Below the pieces are notes generated by a model, which was not told the DNA's origin, did no database searches, and saw only the letters and a program-made list of their open reading frames with translations. The translations under genes and the position numbers were made by a program. From Takakia lepidozioides (lineage: Eukaryota; Plantae; Bryophyta): a stretch of 64,000 nt of DNA. Shown in pieces: positions 49,601-63,539 of this stretch; position 1 is the first letter of the stretch, and each line of letters starts with the position of its first letter. The stretch is from contig CM060733.1 in the NCBI GenBank assembly GCA_030704615.1, forward strand, positions 57,784,001 to 57,848,000. Direction: 5' to 3'.

Positions 49601-52600
49601 TGCTGCCCAGGTTGACTGCTCCGTTGCACAAACATCCAACAGGGTCTCTTTTGCATCTGACTGCAGTGCCCATGCCATCCACTTTGATTCCATTACAACC
49701 TTTCCCACCGCACCGACTCTTTCCCCTGTCCGAGAGGCACTTAGACAAGCATAACGATATGCTAGCCAAAACCTTCAAGCACGCCAACCCACAAACATCT
49801 TGAGCCATGTACAGAAGACAAACATTAAGCAAGATTGAAGGTGTAAGTTCATGCCTCAGAGTGGTGTGACCTGCAGCTAAATGCCAACATCACGGGAAGC
49901 TCAAGAGCTTATTGGACAAGAGGAAGAAAGCAACAGGGGAAAAAGTTGGGAAGGAAGCATCCAGTCATCGACCATAGTTTATGGTAGCTGACAAATCAGT
50001 TACCTCTGGCCAGAGAGGTCCAATCCTGCACACTGAGAGGCCTGATTGATGCCATCCATCTCAGCCAATACATCGACAGCCACAAGGAGCTGCTTCTGTT
50101 GCTCCGTTGAGAGCCCCGGGATGTTCAGGCTGTCCTCTATGACCCGTAATATAGCCTCCACTTCAGGTTTTGAGAGAGCCTCACCACCCCCAGTCTTTAG
50201 GGGTTCTTGGGCCCCTCCTGAATGGGACCTTCCCACTTGCCCAGGTTCACTTGCCTCAGCAGTACTCACGGAGTAGTCATCTAGCCATGCCTGGTTGTTG
50301 AGAAATGAGTATTTGTCACTCAAGTTAGACAAGGGAGGTCTGCTGATTGTGCTGTCCAGTAAATTGAAACTGGCATTGATATTCAAACCCTGGGATGATG
50401 CCTGTTCCGCATGTAAGAGATCAGAAAACCGCATGCATGGAATACTGCGATGGAATGGGAAGAGGTCACTTGATTCACCATCCAACACATTTGCTGATGA
50501 TAACGTAGGGCCCAGATGGTGCACAAGGTGGCGGATGCAGGCCCGCGCTCGTGGCTTGTCCCCTACAAAACCCAATATTCCAAAGATCTTTTACTTGACC
50601 ATCAGACAGAAAAATTCTAAGATGTCTTCCAGCTACACTATCTTTCAAAGGTCCCCCTTCTCAACCTGATAATAAGTTGCAGGTCAAGCCCACCATACAA
50701 CTGGTGTAGTGGGTGGAGGAAGATAGTGGCACTTGAAACATCCCTATTTATTGAATAATTTGCAAATGTGTCTCTGTCAGCAAGAAGTCAGTCAACTATG
50801 TTTGATTCTTTGATTATCTAGATCAATCAGTGCCTCAGCAGTCAAATGCAAGCTGTTGTGTATCCTCCAAAGATTAGTGGGAAGAATTGCTTGCACACAG
50901 TTCAAAATTACTCCACATACCTTTGAACAAACTCCAGAGAACAGCTGTGGGATGGTAGTCTGGAAGGGGACATGCTAGTGCCTCCGCAGCTTCAAGAAGG
51001 GTACAAGATTCCCCCACTCTCAACTCAAGAGCTTTCTCTATAGCATTGGGACTAGGTGCACTGAGTGTAGTGATGCCAACCCCTTGGATGTGAGAGGTAT
51101 AGGACCAAGGGTGAAGAATCCTTGCCGAACTAACTACCTCACTTCCTAAACTTGAAAGTGGCGAAGTTGATTCAGATCTGGTAGGCATTTGTGTTCCAGT
51201 CAAATTTCCTTGTGGAAGCCTCGTCAACATCCATGGACTTAGAGACCAGATATGTCCTCCTGAGGCTACAGTAGGAAAGCCACAAAATCCCCATGACAGG
51301 CTACTGATGCGAAAAGCAGATGAAAATGATGCTAGACACATCCAAGCGCCAGACCCCAATCCTCGCCCATTGCCGCTTGAGCTTACCATACTTTGAGGGG
51401 GTAATCTGCTTTGCAGGTAAATTCTTACTTCTCTGTCAGTTGCAATGCCCAGAAGGTGCAACCCACTGCCTGTATCCAGCCAGCCCAATGCAACAACAGA
51501 ACTGGGCAGAGTAAAGTGACCCCCAAGTTCAAATCCACCATCCTCCACACAGCCCTCAGCTTCCCATATATTCACAATTTGGTTGATTCCCGAAAGAGCC
51601 CCACCCACAGAGGCAATTTTTGCACCGTAGCTACTCAAGGCAACTCTATGTACTGGGCCGACATGAGCCCTCAGAGTCCCCACACATTGCCAAAACAGAG
51701 GGGGTCCCTTCACATCAGAGGGAGCTCCAGGCATAGAAAAGACTCTTTGCATGATCTCCGCATGACGAATTTTCCAAAGCCTGATAGTTCCATCTGCACA
51801 CCCCATTAGGACATCATAGGGTCGGGCTTCTTTCCATGCCTCCACTCCTTGATCGGTCAGACCATTTACCACAACTGGTACAACTGCAATGCTTGTCACG
51901 CGCTCTTGGCTTTCCAACCCAACTAAACAGGTTCTTATGTGAACTGTGTGCCCCCAGTTGGCCAATGGACCTACATACTCAGCAAACCCAAGTATCTTGA
52001 GATCTCTCTGTTCCCCCATCAGCTGTGACCTGGAAGTACTAGCATCCTCTCCAATCTTAGATTCTTCATCCTCAATCTCAATGCAGCTTGAGGGCTGGTT
52101 TGGCTGCATCTCACAGGCTAGATTCAGAACATCAATTTTGCATCCCCTTGGAGAAACTCGCAACTCCACCACCCATGAGACCAATGTTGAACCCCCTTGA
52201 CCGATTCCTAGAACCACAAAACTGCTAATAGAAGTGCCCATGTCAGAAGCACCCAACGACCCCGGGACGGCATAGATGCCTTCCAGACCATGCCCATCAT
52301 CAGACATTGGATAGTGTAGTGAATGCAGGTGGTCAGACAGTATCGAAACGGATTTAGGGGTTTCCTTAGCATCATTCCCCTTTTTGAGAACCAGGAAGCA
52401 ATCAACACGCTGGGGTTGAGCAAGAAGCAAGATGGATCTGCCTCCTGGTAGCGACACAGGGGCCCAAGCAATAAGATTATGAGGCCCAGCCTTGGGGTTT
52501 ATGCAGCCAGTTACACGACCACCCAATTTCCAAACCAAAGATTGAGAACCCACTATCTTGACCTGAGGGCTTGTGCCCGCAAGGAAATGCCACAAAATGA

Positions 52601-55178
52601 CCATCCCGTGACTATCCACAGAGGCAAGAAGCCCAGTTGCACTGCTTGGATGTGTCACTGTTTCAATGATATCCCCACAGTGGCCATCCAAATAAAGCAC
52701 TTCAGAGGAAACACCCCATGTAGTCTTAGTGCCCGTGGGAATTGCCCCAGGGCCTAAATGCACTGTCTCTGATTTGACGCCCCCTCCAGTGCCAATGGCA
52801 GAGACAGGTGGCCACAGCCTTGACCATCGGAAGATGCCACTGGGCAAGGCCTCAAAGAGATCCAAAGATGAAGGAGGTACAGCTAAGGTGCCTTTGGGAC
52901 GCTGAACAACGGCTTTCACCATAAAAGGTCCCCTTGGCTTTTCACTATTTGCTTGTGCAGAGGGTAGAGATGGGTGAGGCAGCAGGTCTGCCCCTTGCTG
53001 CCATAGCATGACCCGAGGGCACCGAGGGGGGGAAATATCATCCAAACAGTGAAGGGACCACAATGAGACTGCCCCCTGGGGCCCTACACCAACTAACCAT
53101 TCACAGGTTGCCACTTTTACTTTTTCATCGCCTGAGCTGTCTTTCCTCGCTTCATTACCATAGACACCCAGATCTCCACCACCAGCACTAGTCTCTGCTG
53201 TCCAAGTTACAAACACATCCCTCCCTAGTACCCCACTCAAACAACTGTTGACTTCAATTACAGCACTGACATAAAATGCTGGTTTGATTCGCCACTCTGC
53301 CCCTTCCCTACCTACGACATTCAGGCTTTCGACTGACATAGGTCTCCCGAACCCTGAAGTATTCTGATTAGACTGGCCCGAATGTGAAAGCCTGGTGCTG
53401 TCAATCTCAAGCCAGAGTCGCACTACTCCATCTTTGCACGAAGTAAGGAGCACAGGCCGGAACACCTGCGGTTCTTCCTTTGATATCTTGGAGGGTCGCC
53501 ACTGCACCATACATACCTGGTCGGGATGGGCCAGCTCAATCTCTTGGACATCATATCCCTCCTCCCACCACCAAATTGTTGCTTTGCATTTCGCCGCCTC
53601 CAATTTTTTGCCAACCCTTGCTTGTTTCAAGTTCTCCTTTCTCACTCCCTCCCAAAAACTATCCCCCATAAAGTCCAATTCTTGGTCTGCTGTCGCACCT
53701 AAGCCATTCGAAGAAAATGATGCCGCCGCAAGCGCCTGTGGGAGTGTGCTTTGAGCCTCCCACAACCGATGCCAGCCCTCTGTGCCCCTTGCCCACATGA
53801 CAACACGAGAGCCCCCAGACAGCAATCCGTCTCCCAAGTCGCTCCATGCAAAAGTCAGGACTTCAAATGTGTGCTCCAGGACCTGCTTCTTCTCCCATGC
53901 CAAAGGAATCTCTGCAGTGGTCATGAGAAAGGATAAAATTTGTAAATCCATGTATGTAGACATGACACAGGGGGAGAAAATACGGAAAGTGTTGCCAACA
54001 GCCCCTTCATAGATTTTCAGCTTCATCTAGGAAGCCAGAATATTTCCTGCAAGACCGGAGTAAGTTGATGCTTGTTCTCGTGATAAGAAGGCTCTAAGCT
54101 AAGCCCTATAATGGGTGCCATCAATCTCACTGATGTAAGCCTACCAGGTGCCCTGTCAGCAGGGGCAGTTTGTCATCGGAACAAGCAGCAGTTCCCCATG
54201 CTTGACCTAAACGGCAGGCAAGGCTAACAGGCATTCACCTTTTTGCCTTGATTGTCCCACCATTGACTGGTGTTTGAGTGTCCCAAGGGCTCAATCCAAA
54301 CTCACATGCGAGATATTTCACAGTTGATTGGCAGGAGGCAATACCACATGACGAATACCAGCATCTGGAATTTTGATGACTACCTCTTGAAGAATGCCCA
54401 AGCCACATAGGAGCATAAATTTGGATAGAGCTGCCAGAGGCAGCAGCCAACTGTCCTGCTGCTGTGCCTGTTGGCGCCCATCCCACACCAGTCACCAACT
54501 CTCTCTTCTCATCGTGCCCCCCCTCTCTAGCAGCCGCGCCTGTCTCGAGCACCTGGAAGCAATATATGACCATAGCATAATACTAAGGTAAACCCCCCAA
54601 TTCGTATTGCCCACTGCGGCAATCAACCTAAAGACTATCACTTCCAATCTATGGCCTACTCAAGACCTAACAAGTGCACGACTTCACAGGTTTCAGGGGG
54701 TTATACCACTGAGCATCAAATTCCGACTTAGTTGAAAACCAAGGAAGGGACTTAGAGCATGCAATTACACAAAGCCAGTTGAAAAAATGCTTGAACGCCA
54801 GCTGACCAGCTATCCATACCAGGATGGTGATTCACAATTCATATTGCAGTTCTGTGCCTCAAGTAAGCCCGTGCTGTATTTTGATAAGAGCGAAATAATG
54901 AACAACACATTGGGAATTCCAAACCTTCTCCTAGACTTATGGATGCTGATCTGTCGAGGCTATGTTACCTGGTGAAAGAAGCGGCCTGAGGCAGCTTCCC
55001 CTTGACTAGAGGGCGAAGGGGCAGTGACGATAACAACTGCGCTGCAAGCGCCATAGGCCATCCAGCTGAATCCAGCAAACCTGGGCAGCCAATCAGCAGC
55101 TCGCGGGCCCCCATTCGGTGCTGGCGGAACATCCTGCTGGATTGACATGTGGTAGAGGGGTCCCTGTTGTGGATCCAT
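37643..55178 (-). CDS. DmX-like / Rav1 (RAVE, rabconnectin-3 alpha) large WD40 protein
   Basis: Exons 55178-54969, 54552-54384, 53911-50921, 50562-50004, 49772-49544, 48833-48669, 48340-48068, 47793-47509, 45920-45447, 44975-43176, 42842-42786, 42331-41900, 41515-41292, 41089-40956, 40751-40461, 39299-39121, 37756-37643. It has Rav1p_C motifs (LPDYHP, AWALQSD, LGVGFW, AALKNAYVLMGKHRHELAAAFFILGG) and terminal WD40 repeats. The ATG lies in an ACCATGG context. Confidence 0.93.
37885..39000 (-). mobile_element. LINE family A degenerate fragment (RT C-terminal region to 3' end), RTE-X-like
   Basis: The minus-strand remnants IRPTLEYACAMW and TANVAVWGEL are followed by sequence collinear with 46850-47370. 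Confidence 0.75.
39334..39420 (-). mobile_element. LINE family B terminal stub
   Basis: ATGAAATGGTACTTTA..GTCC..AGCTCAAAGAGCTT..GGACAA matches the family B 3' UTR. Confidence 0.7.
39620..40197 (-). mobile_element. LINE family B 5'-truncated copy, (ATTTC)n tail, RTE-X-like
   Basis: The ORF end reads FRVGSHNLRIETGRW...CPAC...ETEEHFFFYC. It has a 3' hairpin and a CATTT repeat tail, with a possible 7-bp TSD GCGGGAG at 39613-39619 and 40198-40204. Confidence 0.85.
46729..47399 (-). mobile_element. LINE family A 5'-truncated copy with probable TSD
   Basis: The ORF C-terminus is open (LKFKLRAGS..CPLC...EDSIHFLIHC). It is flanked by TGAGTACCTTTAGA (46715-46728) and TGAGGACCTTTAGA (47400-47413), 13/14 identical. 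Confidence 0.85.
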
Positions 55179-56587
55179 GGTCCCCACGTTGGTGGAGCAG
55201 GATTGGCCTCTACCGTAGCAACAACATGACTGCTGCAGGCATTGCTGGGAAACATGTAAACCTCACCTCTGATCCTCGTTTTCAAATGTATACGTCAATT
55301 GAACGAAATTCTCATTCCTCCCAAGCTTGATAGATCCGTGCAGGGTTGCTGATCAAATTGTTTTCCTTATTAAACTCCTCTTGACATTCGTTGAATTGTC
55401 TACTCTATAATGTGCGCACATCGAAGCGGAAGGGATCGAGTGGCCAGACACAGCAAAACCAGGTGAAACCGTTATCTCCAAGTGGCGCACAGAGAGATCG
55501 CAGTGCAAAGACGTCAAACAAGCCTATATCATCGATACCCTTCATGCGCCACTCCCCCTCCCAATCCACCCACTTGATCAGCTTCTTCCAAGCATGGAAA
55601 TCCCACGGATGACGCAGAAATAGCTGGCAATCTAGGTCAAGGATGTCGGCGTGACAGGAACTCGATTATCTGTGCAGATCTGTGCAGAGAATCGGTTATA
55701 TTTCTAAGAGTCGCAAGCTTTAGAGAATAATGCCTCCAGAAGAAAAGAAGTTGAGTTCAGACTCTACCAGATTTGAAAGGAGATCGCCAAATGCTGAGAT
55801 CCTCAATAATTCGGTTGAATCTGTGAGCCAGAGCACCAAGAGATGGAATGTGGAAGGGTGATCTCTTCAAGGGAACAACTGCCCTGCCTGGCACTGCTGA
55901 GAAGACCAACAACCTAGCGCCCTCATCCATTACAAAGCACAGGCCAATTTCAAAAAAATAGCCGTCATGTGTGATGTGGCAAGATGCATGACGTGGCTTT
56001 TAGCAGCCTTCAAATCCTCCTCTGAAAAGTGCCAACACTTTTTTGTAGTACTTGGAAGTTGGATTATATGAGGACCCTCTTCATCATCACTTTCCCCTCT
56101 TCATTCTCAGTCTCCCAAAGTCTATTGATGTGAACCATGTGACTCAAATGACCTGTTGTTGCGAGTAGCTGAAGTTCGTCTGAAGGATTTATGTTTGACT
56201 CAGAGAGGGAGTCAGTTGGCCCACTCTGTGTTCCTGTTGAGTGCCCTTGTGTAAGTTGGCTTGACTAGGATTTAGTATTGATACTCGTTGCAATTTTTTC
56301 AACCATTCTTCGACTGGTATCAATCCTTGTTGACGGGAAGTAGGGAAGAGTGTTAATATGGTCTCAAGGGGACAAGTCTCAGGTCCTTGGGGTGTATTGT
56401 TCATGCATGGAAAATTTTCAGCCCACAAATTGGGCCGTGAGAGCAAATTTGCATGCAACATTGATTTGCAATAAAGTATGATATGCAGTTTGCAGTCAGT
56501 GGCAATGAGATCATTTTTCATGTGCAGTTCTGCTGTTCATGTATAATACACTCATCAAGTGTTTTTTTAAGTCAATTGAAGGCTTGT

Positions 56588-56807
56588 TTGATACCAGATC
56601 CCAGTATGTATACCAGCTGGTATTACTTGGACACATTTCTATTGATACCATTGCTTAGGTTAAAAATTTCTCAATACCCTTACCAGACTGGTATCTAACT
56701 TGATAAATATCCCTGGTACCAATGTTCCCCTGGTATGTCATTTTCAGAGCCACCCATATACCAGGACCAGCTTGGTATCCCAAAATGTTGATACCAGACC
56801 AACACTG
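56588..56807. mobile_element. MITE relic with ATACCAG/CTGGTAT subterminal array, ending CCAACACTG
   Basis: Repeated ATACCA/TGGTAT motifs. The terminus is similar to 26215-26311 and shares the CAGTGTTGG TIR core. Confidence 0.5.
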
Positions 56808-57748
56808 GTCTTGACCAACAACTAACTATCATGCGATAAAGAATCAACATCAGTAGACCATCCCACTTGAACCAATGAACAAACTCAAAATCTCCTTATG
56901 TGGCTGCTTCCAGCAATATGAACAACTCGCAGGAGTTTTTTTTCTGGTGCTTCAAAGACAACTTCAACAATCTTGCCTTGATCAATTCAACCTCCACTGT
57001 CTCAGTCATGCTTGGTTTGCTCATGTCCCCACACCTATTCCATCTGCTCGAATCTGTTCACCATCCTTTCCATCTTCACCTTCAGTTTAAATACAGGCTG
57101 ACAGAGTTTTGGATGTGTCGTCCAGGTGATATCATTCTGTGTTTTTGTGGGCCAAAGTACCTCTTGTTCCAGACGTTTTATCTTATATCGCAGTTGAATG
57201 GCTGCATGAATGCCTTTGATAGATTTATTTCTAGAATCCTAATCCTTAGATTACTAAAGATGATACTAGAGAAGATAGAACAGAATTTGCTATGAGTCAT
57301 GAAGCCCGTATGAACAATTTTCTATGACACAAATTAAAGCCTTGAAGGCAAGTGGACAACCGACAGATTATGGGAAGTGCGAGAAACAATTCAGGATGTA
57401 CTCGTGGAGAACGCAAGTCTTTCTAACCCATTTATCGTGCCCAAGGAGGGCCTGTGGGACCCAGAAACAATAGAACTACAAAATGGAGTGCCTCGGTGCA
57501 AGTATGCTGCTACAAGCACTTTGGGTCTACAGCTGAAGGTCTCTGTCCAGGACGAGCCAGCTGCAAAGAGAGCTCTATCCAGGAAATGACATTCTCTCTC
57601 CATCTGGGGTGTTTACTTACTGGACAAATCCCAGCATGGCAAATGGCACCACCTAAACTACTTGATAAATTGTGTGTGAAAAGGATATTTTCATCACGCT
57701 CCGAAATTTTTTGGTGACACCAGATTTCTGCCTCTGCATGCTTGTGAC

Positions 57749-60700
57749 TCAACCTTGCAAGCTTGGATGAAAGAATGGATGTTGCAAGGCTTCTGCTGCT
57801 GAAATGCGATCTTCTGGATACCATTGCAAAAGTTGTCGAAGGAGACGAATCGCCCACACATCTGACATCCCAAGGCCAAGTGGATCCCGTTGCTTGATCT
57901 GTTGCATGAAGGCCTCCTCAGTGCACTCCCATGGTGCTAACCGCACTTCCTCTGACTGCTCTAGTGTGTCAGAATGATGGTGGTGATGATGTAGTGGAGG
58001 TACCCGAGGAATCAATATGCACATTTCCATGAATGCCCGCAACATATATATAGTCTCTTTGTCAGCTGCATCCCAGCCCTGAAGGCGGTGGTCAAGGAGA
58101 GCTTGGGTGCGAGAACTGATTTGAAAGACATAAGGGGTACCCAATGTCAGCTCAAGCAACACCACACCCACACTCCACATGTCATACACATAGGCTTGAT
58201 CAGTATGAAAATGCAGCCAATGCTTTCCAAGGTTTGCCTCTGGCGGTGCATATTCGGAAGTTTGGTCAGCCTGTGAGGGACCCAAAGACCCATACAGATG
58301 CTTCAAAGTGAAGCGATCCATGGCACTTCCAAAGTCGATAATGCGCACGATCAAATTGGAGGGCCAATCACTTGATTGACCCCCCTCTGCCTGTACTACC
58401 ATATTCTCTGGTTTAATATCACGGTGGGTGATGTTCCGATCATGACATGCCTTCACAGCCAGCAACAATTGGCGCATGATGTTACGCATCTCAGCACGAC
58501 CTGCATCACTTGTCTTTAGCCACCGCCACCACGGAGATGGCTGAACCACATTGAATCCAGGCCTGAGCTCTCCCCCGTCCTGCGAAACCCCCCCACTTCC
58601 TGGTATATAGAGAAGGCTAGCAAGTGATTTGCCCTCATTGCGAAACACCAACCATAACTCTTCTTTGCCAGGCATTTCAAAAGATTCTATGTATCGCACT
58701 ATATGTGCTAGGCCGGCGGTTCTATCCTCTTCCTGGCCTAGATCACTGGAGGATCGTTCTCTAGGCAACGAATAGTTCCGTGGTCGCCATTCCCACATGT
58801 CGTCTGGATTGCTTACATTGCCCATAGATAGTCTGGGTGGAATCTTGAAGTTGTCATGGGGTTTCCGAAGGCAACCCTCAGAATCAAAGATAAAGGGCGA
58901 ATGAAAGGGTTTCATGGGCTCGCCAGTCTTGGGCCCAGCAGTAGACTCATTAAGAAAGATTTGACCAAAGTGTCTCTCTCGAAGGCCACTAAGGTAGGCA
59001 TTGCTCCCTTTCTCCACCTGCAGCCATGCAATGAGTGAGCGGGAGCCATGGACATAACTGCAAGTTCAAGAAAACTCAACAATCCCAATGATAAAGAATC
59101 AACACAGATAGAAATGGAACATCACTGCAGTGTCATGTAGTTTGTCTGGAGTTTGCAGAGGGAACAAACTTCTGCCCTCTACAAGGCAGCTGTAGTGCTA
59201 GAGTTCCTCAGTACATTAGAAGTCCAGCAGCATTGCTCTATCAACAAAGGGTTGAGATCTACTAGTTCCGAAAGGGGCTGTGATGGCCATTGGACAAAGA
59301 GAGAGACAGAGGTTACTGCTCATGTCAAGACAGGATATCACTGATTCATACAAACACAGTCCAGATTTCTAATGACATCATCTGCCTGAAAGAGGCCCCA
59401 TCATACCCTCATCACTTTCAACTTACTTTACTAGACCGGGGGGTGAGGGGGAAGTAGAGACTAAGTCCCTTTTAGTTCCACAACCAGAGAAGTTTAACAC
59501 CACCTTGATAGTCCAGCAATAGATTAACAGGATTATCACGTCAGAACTATACTTCCGAGAGAGAATGCACTCATACCAAGATCCGCTTGAGAATGAATGT
59601 GTCTTCATATCCCTCGTGACCACCAGCTGCCCAGCCTTTGTTGAAGTGCCTTCGGCCATAACTTCTGCTACCCAGCATGCTGGAAGTATCTAACGATTCT
59701 CGTGAAAGTGTGTCCTTCAAAGATGCATTGAAACCAGCAGTGTACTCACTTTCACTTCTCTCCTCTGTCAAACATGGTCTTCTCAATGCCAACCAAATCT
59801 CGCCAAATGCTCCCCGGGCCACATTGTTATTCAACATATACCTGCTAAAGAAACAAACGTAAATACTCCCATTCAAACAAAGAGAGACAAAAACCATGAA
59901 TTGTGCATAAATGGATTGAAACAAAACACACCCACTAGTGATCTAACTACTTTGGTACCCAGATAACTCTGTCACAACACACGGACTAACTGACCTACAC
60001 ATGTACACTTACTACTCCATACAAATGAGGGTTATCTCACCCATTGTGTGTATGATATACACACAGCAATGTATACAGACACATTTTACATATGGTATAT
60101 CGCGCTTTCCCTCTCTTGCATCTGGGAAGATTTTGGTAAGTGATGGTTAAGAGAAGAAGGTGTGAACCCACAGATGTAACTATAAAACATCAGAGCAAAG
60201 TTAGATGATACTTCTAAAATTGAGGATACTAACAGCTGAATGAAAATGGGTTTCATACTACTGAGCGATTAAGACGGGTGTTTTGACATGAAGCTACAGC
60301 AACATAGTGGCAGGAGTTAAACTGGATTTATGAAATCTTGGTTGGGAATCACCTGTGATGATGAATGGCATAAGGAGGAACCAATTTTGGGTCTGTGGCT
60401 TGACCGCTTGTGTCCCAGTGCATCGACAGCAGGCTCTGCCTGTCCAATGGGACAGATCCAATGAGGCTCAGGAAATCAGAAAGCCCTTCTGGCTGTAAGC
60501 AGACTTCCTTGAAGGTACTCTCTAATGCCAGTCTCGGTGTACAAATAAGATGTTCACGGTAGACTTCCAACTGGCCTCCAGCTACTCCTGCAGAGCAGCG
60601 ACAGTGAAAGGACATTGAGTTCACAGTTTACTAACCATAAAGAAGGCACAAAACATTTAAATCCTTTTGGATGTAAAATCTCCACCCAGACATATGAGAG

Positions 60701-62933
60701 AAGTAAGATGACCACAGGTGTTGAGACCAACCAGGATGGAGAGCATCTGCAGGTAAACTTTCGACCCTTGGTGCTTCTTCAGTAAACTGATGGTCAGAGA
60801 CTGGATGCCAAGGCAAGATCTTATGTCCTAAGACTGTCTCAATGAGTTCATAGCAGTAGGTACTCTCAGATCCATTCACCTGCACTCCTCCAAGCAACCA
60901 TTTATCCCTTTAGTCTGCCTGTCTGCCATACTTTAGGATTAGTTACATGGGTGAAGCTCTACTGTCTTCAGCCCTGTGGTCACTGACTCTCCCTCCAGTC
61001 CTGCAGATCTCCTGCACCAAATCAACAAGGTCTGCACTAATAGAATCTAAACTGTATGCTTTTTTCGAATGTATCCTTCTCTCAAATAGGAAACCCTTAA
61101 TATTGTAACATGGTGATCAACATAGTCACTCAAACCATGTTTCCAACATTTTCGTTAATGCATGTAAGACGGAATAAATTCTTGAGACAAGGGTCTACTT
61201 ACTGACGTCTTAAATCAATTGCCAGCGTTAAGCATACCACTGCTCATTTGTAATGCAAATATTCTTTTCCTTTGAGAATCTGCTACCAGCATAGCCAATA
61301 AAAAAGTCGAGAATACATATATAGCAGATAAACCCACCAGCATTCCTGGTAGTAATAGTAAATTCACTAGGACGTCTGTGGTTCTCCCTTTGCGAAAGCT
61401 TGTGCCAGAACCAGTCTCTCTGAGGGGGTCTTGCATGCCCCTCCCAATTGCTCTTTTTTTGACTGCTTCATCAGCTACATGCTTTCCATCTGTGACCATA
61501 CTGACAAGTTAAGACAAATAAGTAGAAAGACCTACACCTCAAGCAAAAGCCATGTGGCTGAAACCTTATGGTCATGTATCTTCCTCACCTTACATAGAAT
61601 GAGGTAATAGCAGCGAGAGGGGGTAGTAACAGAGGACAAGAAGGCCGACCACTATAAATGGTGAAGGCCACAGAGTAAGTATTCGCTAAGACATACTAGA
61701 GAGGCAGAAGAACATGCATAACATCCTCTGGAGGCCTTCATGGAGATGGAGTGCTTCATGCAGGTAAGACACAAAGATAGAAATCAAAAGAAAATAGATG
61801 AAATGGTACTTTATAATGTCCATGGAAAGCTCAAAGGGCTTATGGGACAAAAGAAAGCAAAAAATAAGAGGGAGAGAGATAAGACAAGATACTTTGTAAC
61901 CTTCACAGAGGGCGAAGAAAGACAAAAAGTTATTGCATCCATGGGAGGCCCAAAGGGTGATGTGTGATTGGGCACATTCACAGTCCAATTTAACTCCTCA
62001 AAATACTTCACACTAGGGACTTACCATGGTGTAGAGAAACAACAAGGGCAGCCAAGTTGTCCATGCTGCCTGATGTGAGAGCTGCATCAACAATTGCTTT
62101 GGCCATTTCACTGGCAGAGATTTGAGTCTTAACAGGCACAATATTAGCCCCCAAGGCAAGATTCCCCAACCTTGATAAAGGAGAGGGCAAGGGGAACGGT
62201 TGATTTGGGGCCATTGTGCAGGTCTTAGGCTTGGTGAGTGCATCTGGGCCTGGGGACAATAGCTGAACGGCAAATCCCATTTCCTCTTTGTCGTCTCCAC
62301 CACTATCATGAGAAACACCCTGCAGCTCTGTCAGTTGACCGTAATTGGGATGAGACAGTGGATTCTCTGTTCTGCTGTCTTCAACAGCAATCATTGCCCT
62401 ACAATTCAACATATAGCCAGTGAGCCCTTTATGTTAAGACTTCACATGAGGTGAAAATCTATGGATAGTTTGAAGATTTTATAATGTAAACCTCCAGATC
62501 ACATTTGTTTATATTCAACAGGTATCGAAGCTCAGCAACAGTGCTTGCGGAATGTCAACAATGATACAGTCATTTATGGCAGCACAAAGACTGTATTGGA
62601 CCAAAACAAAGTTCCACAGTTTCCAAAACCAGGATAGGTCTGAGGGAGAGAAACAAGACAGGGAGACAGAGAATCTACCGTGAAAGTTCCTGCTCTTGCA
62701 CTGGTTTCTGAAGCTGTGGCTCCTGCCTGGGTGGCAATGGAATAGGAGGGTCCCTTACTTGAGATCCCAAGGCAACTGAGACATTGTTCCCCGACTTAAC
62801 TGCGGATAGAACTCGGCAAACATCACGTGTAGACATTTTCTCAAAAACACCGTCAGATGCTACGATGAGGTGACAGTCATTGCAGTCCAGCTTTAGCCAA
62901 CCAGTCCACTCCGGCTCTGCTGTCACTCCATAT
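57749..62933 (-). CDS. PP2C phosphatase - Ser/Thr kinase fusion protein (PP2C51-like); 5' exons lie beyond the right edge
   Basis: Exons 62933-62679, 62398-62025, 61489-61338, 60879-60732, 60587-60353, 59841-59577, 59017-57749; the middle boundaries are less certain. PP2C motifs: LIVASDGVFE, GSMDNLAALVV. Kinase motifs: RGAFGEIW, FILKR, HRDIKPEN, DFG, YAPPE, DMWSVG, RISAAEALQHPFF. Confidence 0.9.
61797..61880 (-). mobile_element. LINE family B terminal stub
   Basis: ATGAAATGGTACTTTATAATGTCCATGGAAAGCTCAAAGGGCTTATGGGACAAAA matches the family B 3' UTR. Confidence 0.75.
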
Positions 62934-63539
62934 CTAGACATCATTAAGAAAACAGACGTTAGCCTTTCTCCAAAGATGCCGGGGTTCCAAGATTGGACCC
63001 CAAGTAAGGTATGTCAAGGTACTAATTGTGTGTTCCCTGTCAATGCTACCCATGACATACCCTTAATGGTTTAGTCCTCATTGGACATTAGTTGTCCCAG
63101 GCCTGCCTACACGAGAATACCCGAAATGAAAGGGTGTAGAAAGAATTGCAGGCATATGACACTGGTAGCTGTCATCATAGGCTGCCATATCCATGGGTTG
63201 TTCACACACTCCCCTACTGCAGCTTACAAGTGACTGCCTTGGTGTGGAGGAGAGGAACTCCCGCCGCAGTGCCGGCTGCATTGCTTGGCAGCACAGCAAT
63301 GGTGGAATGTCAGCTTCCTTCCATTGGACAGTAGAAACCTGCCATATGGCAGACACTTCACGTGTTAACACCCTTTAAGGCAGCGCTCGTGCACAGATGC
63401 CCAAAATCTGGTAATGTGGCTTCGACTGTTCATTTGGGAGCTGAAATTGATCTCATAGAAGAAAGAATGAGGTGGATTCCAGGACTCCTCTAGTCCTACA
63501 TCTTGCAACAGGTGACACATGGCTATGGCTGCTCGCAGA

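Noticed and set aside
20850-55178. Functional endomembrane cluster (FYVE protein + RAVE subunit)
   Set aside because: Two neighbouring housekeeping genes separated by a repeat block, with no evidence of co-regulation.
56189-57600. Several 70-130 aa ORFs between DMXL and the PP2C-kinase gene
   Set aside because: No recognisable motifs. They are likely UTR or intergenic sequence, or decayed fragments.
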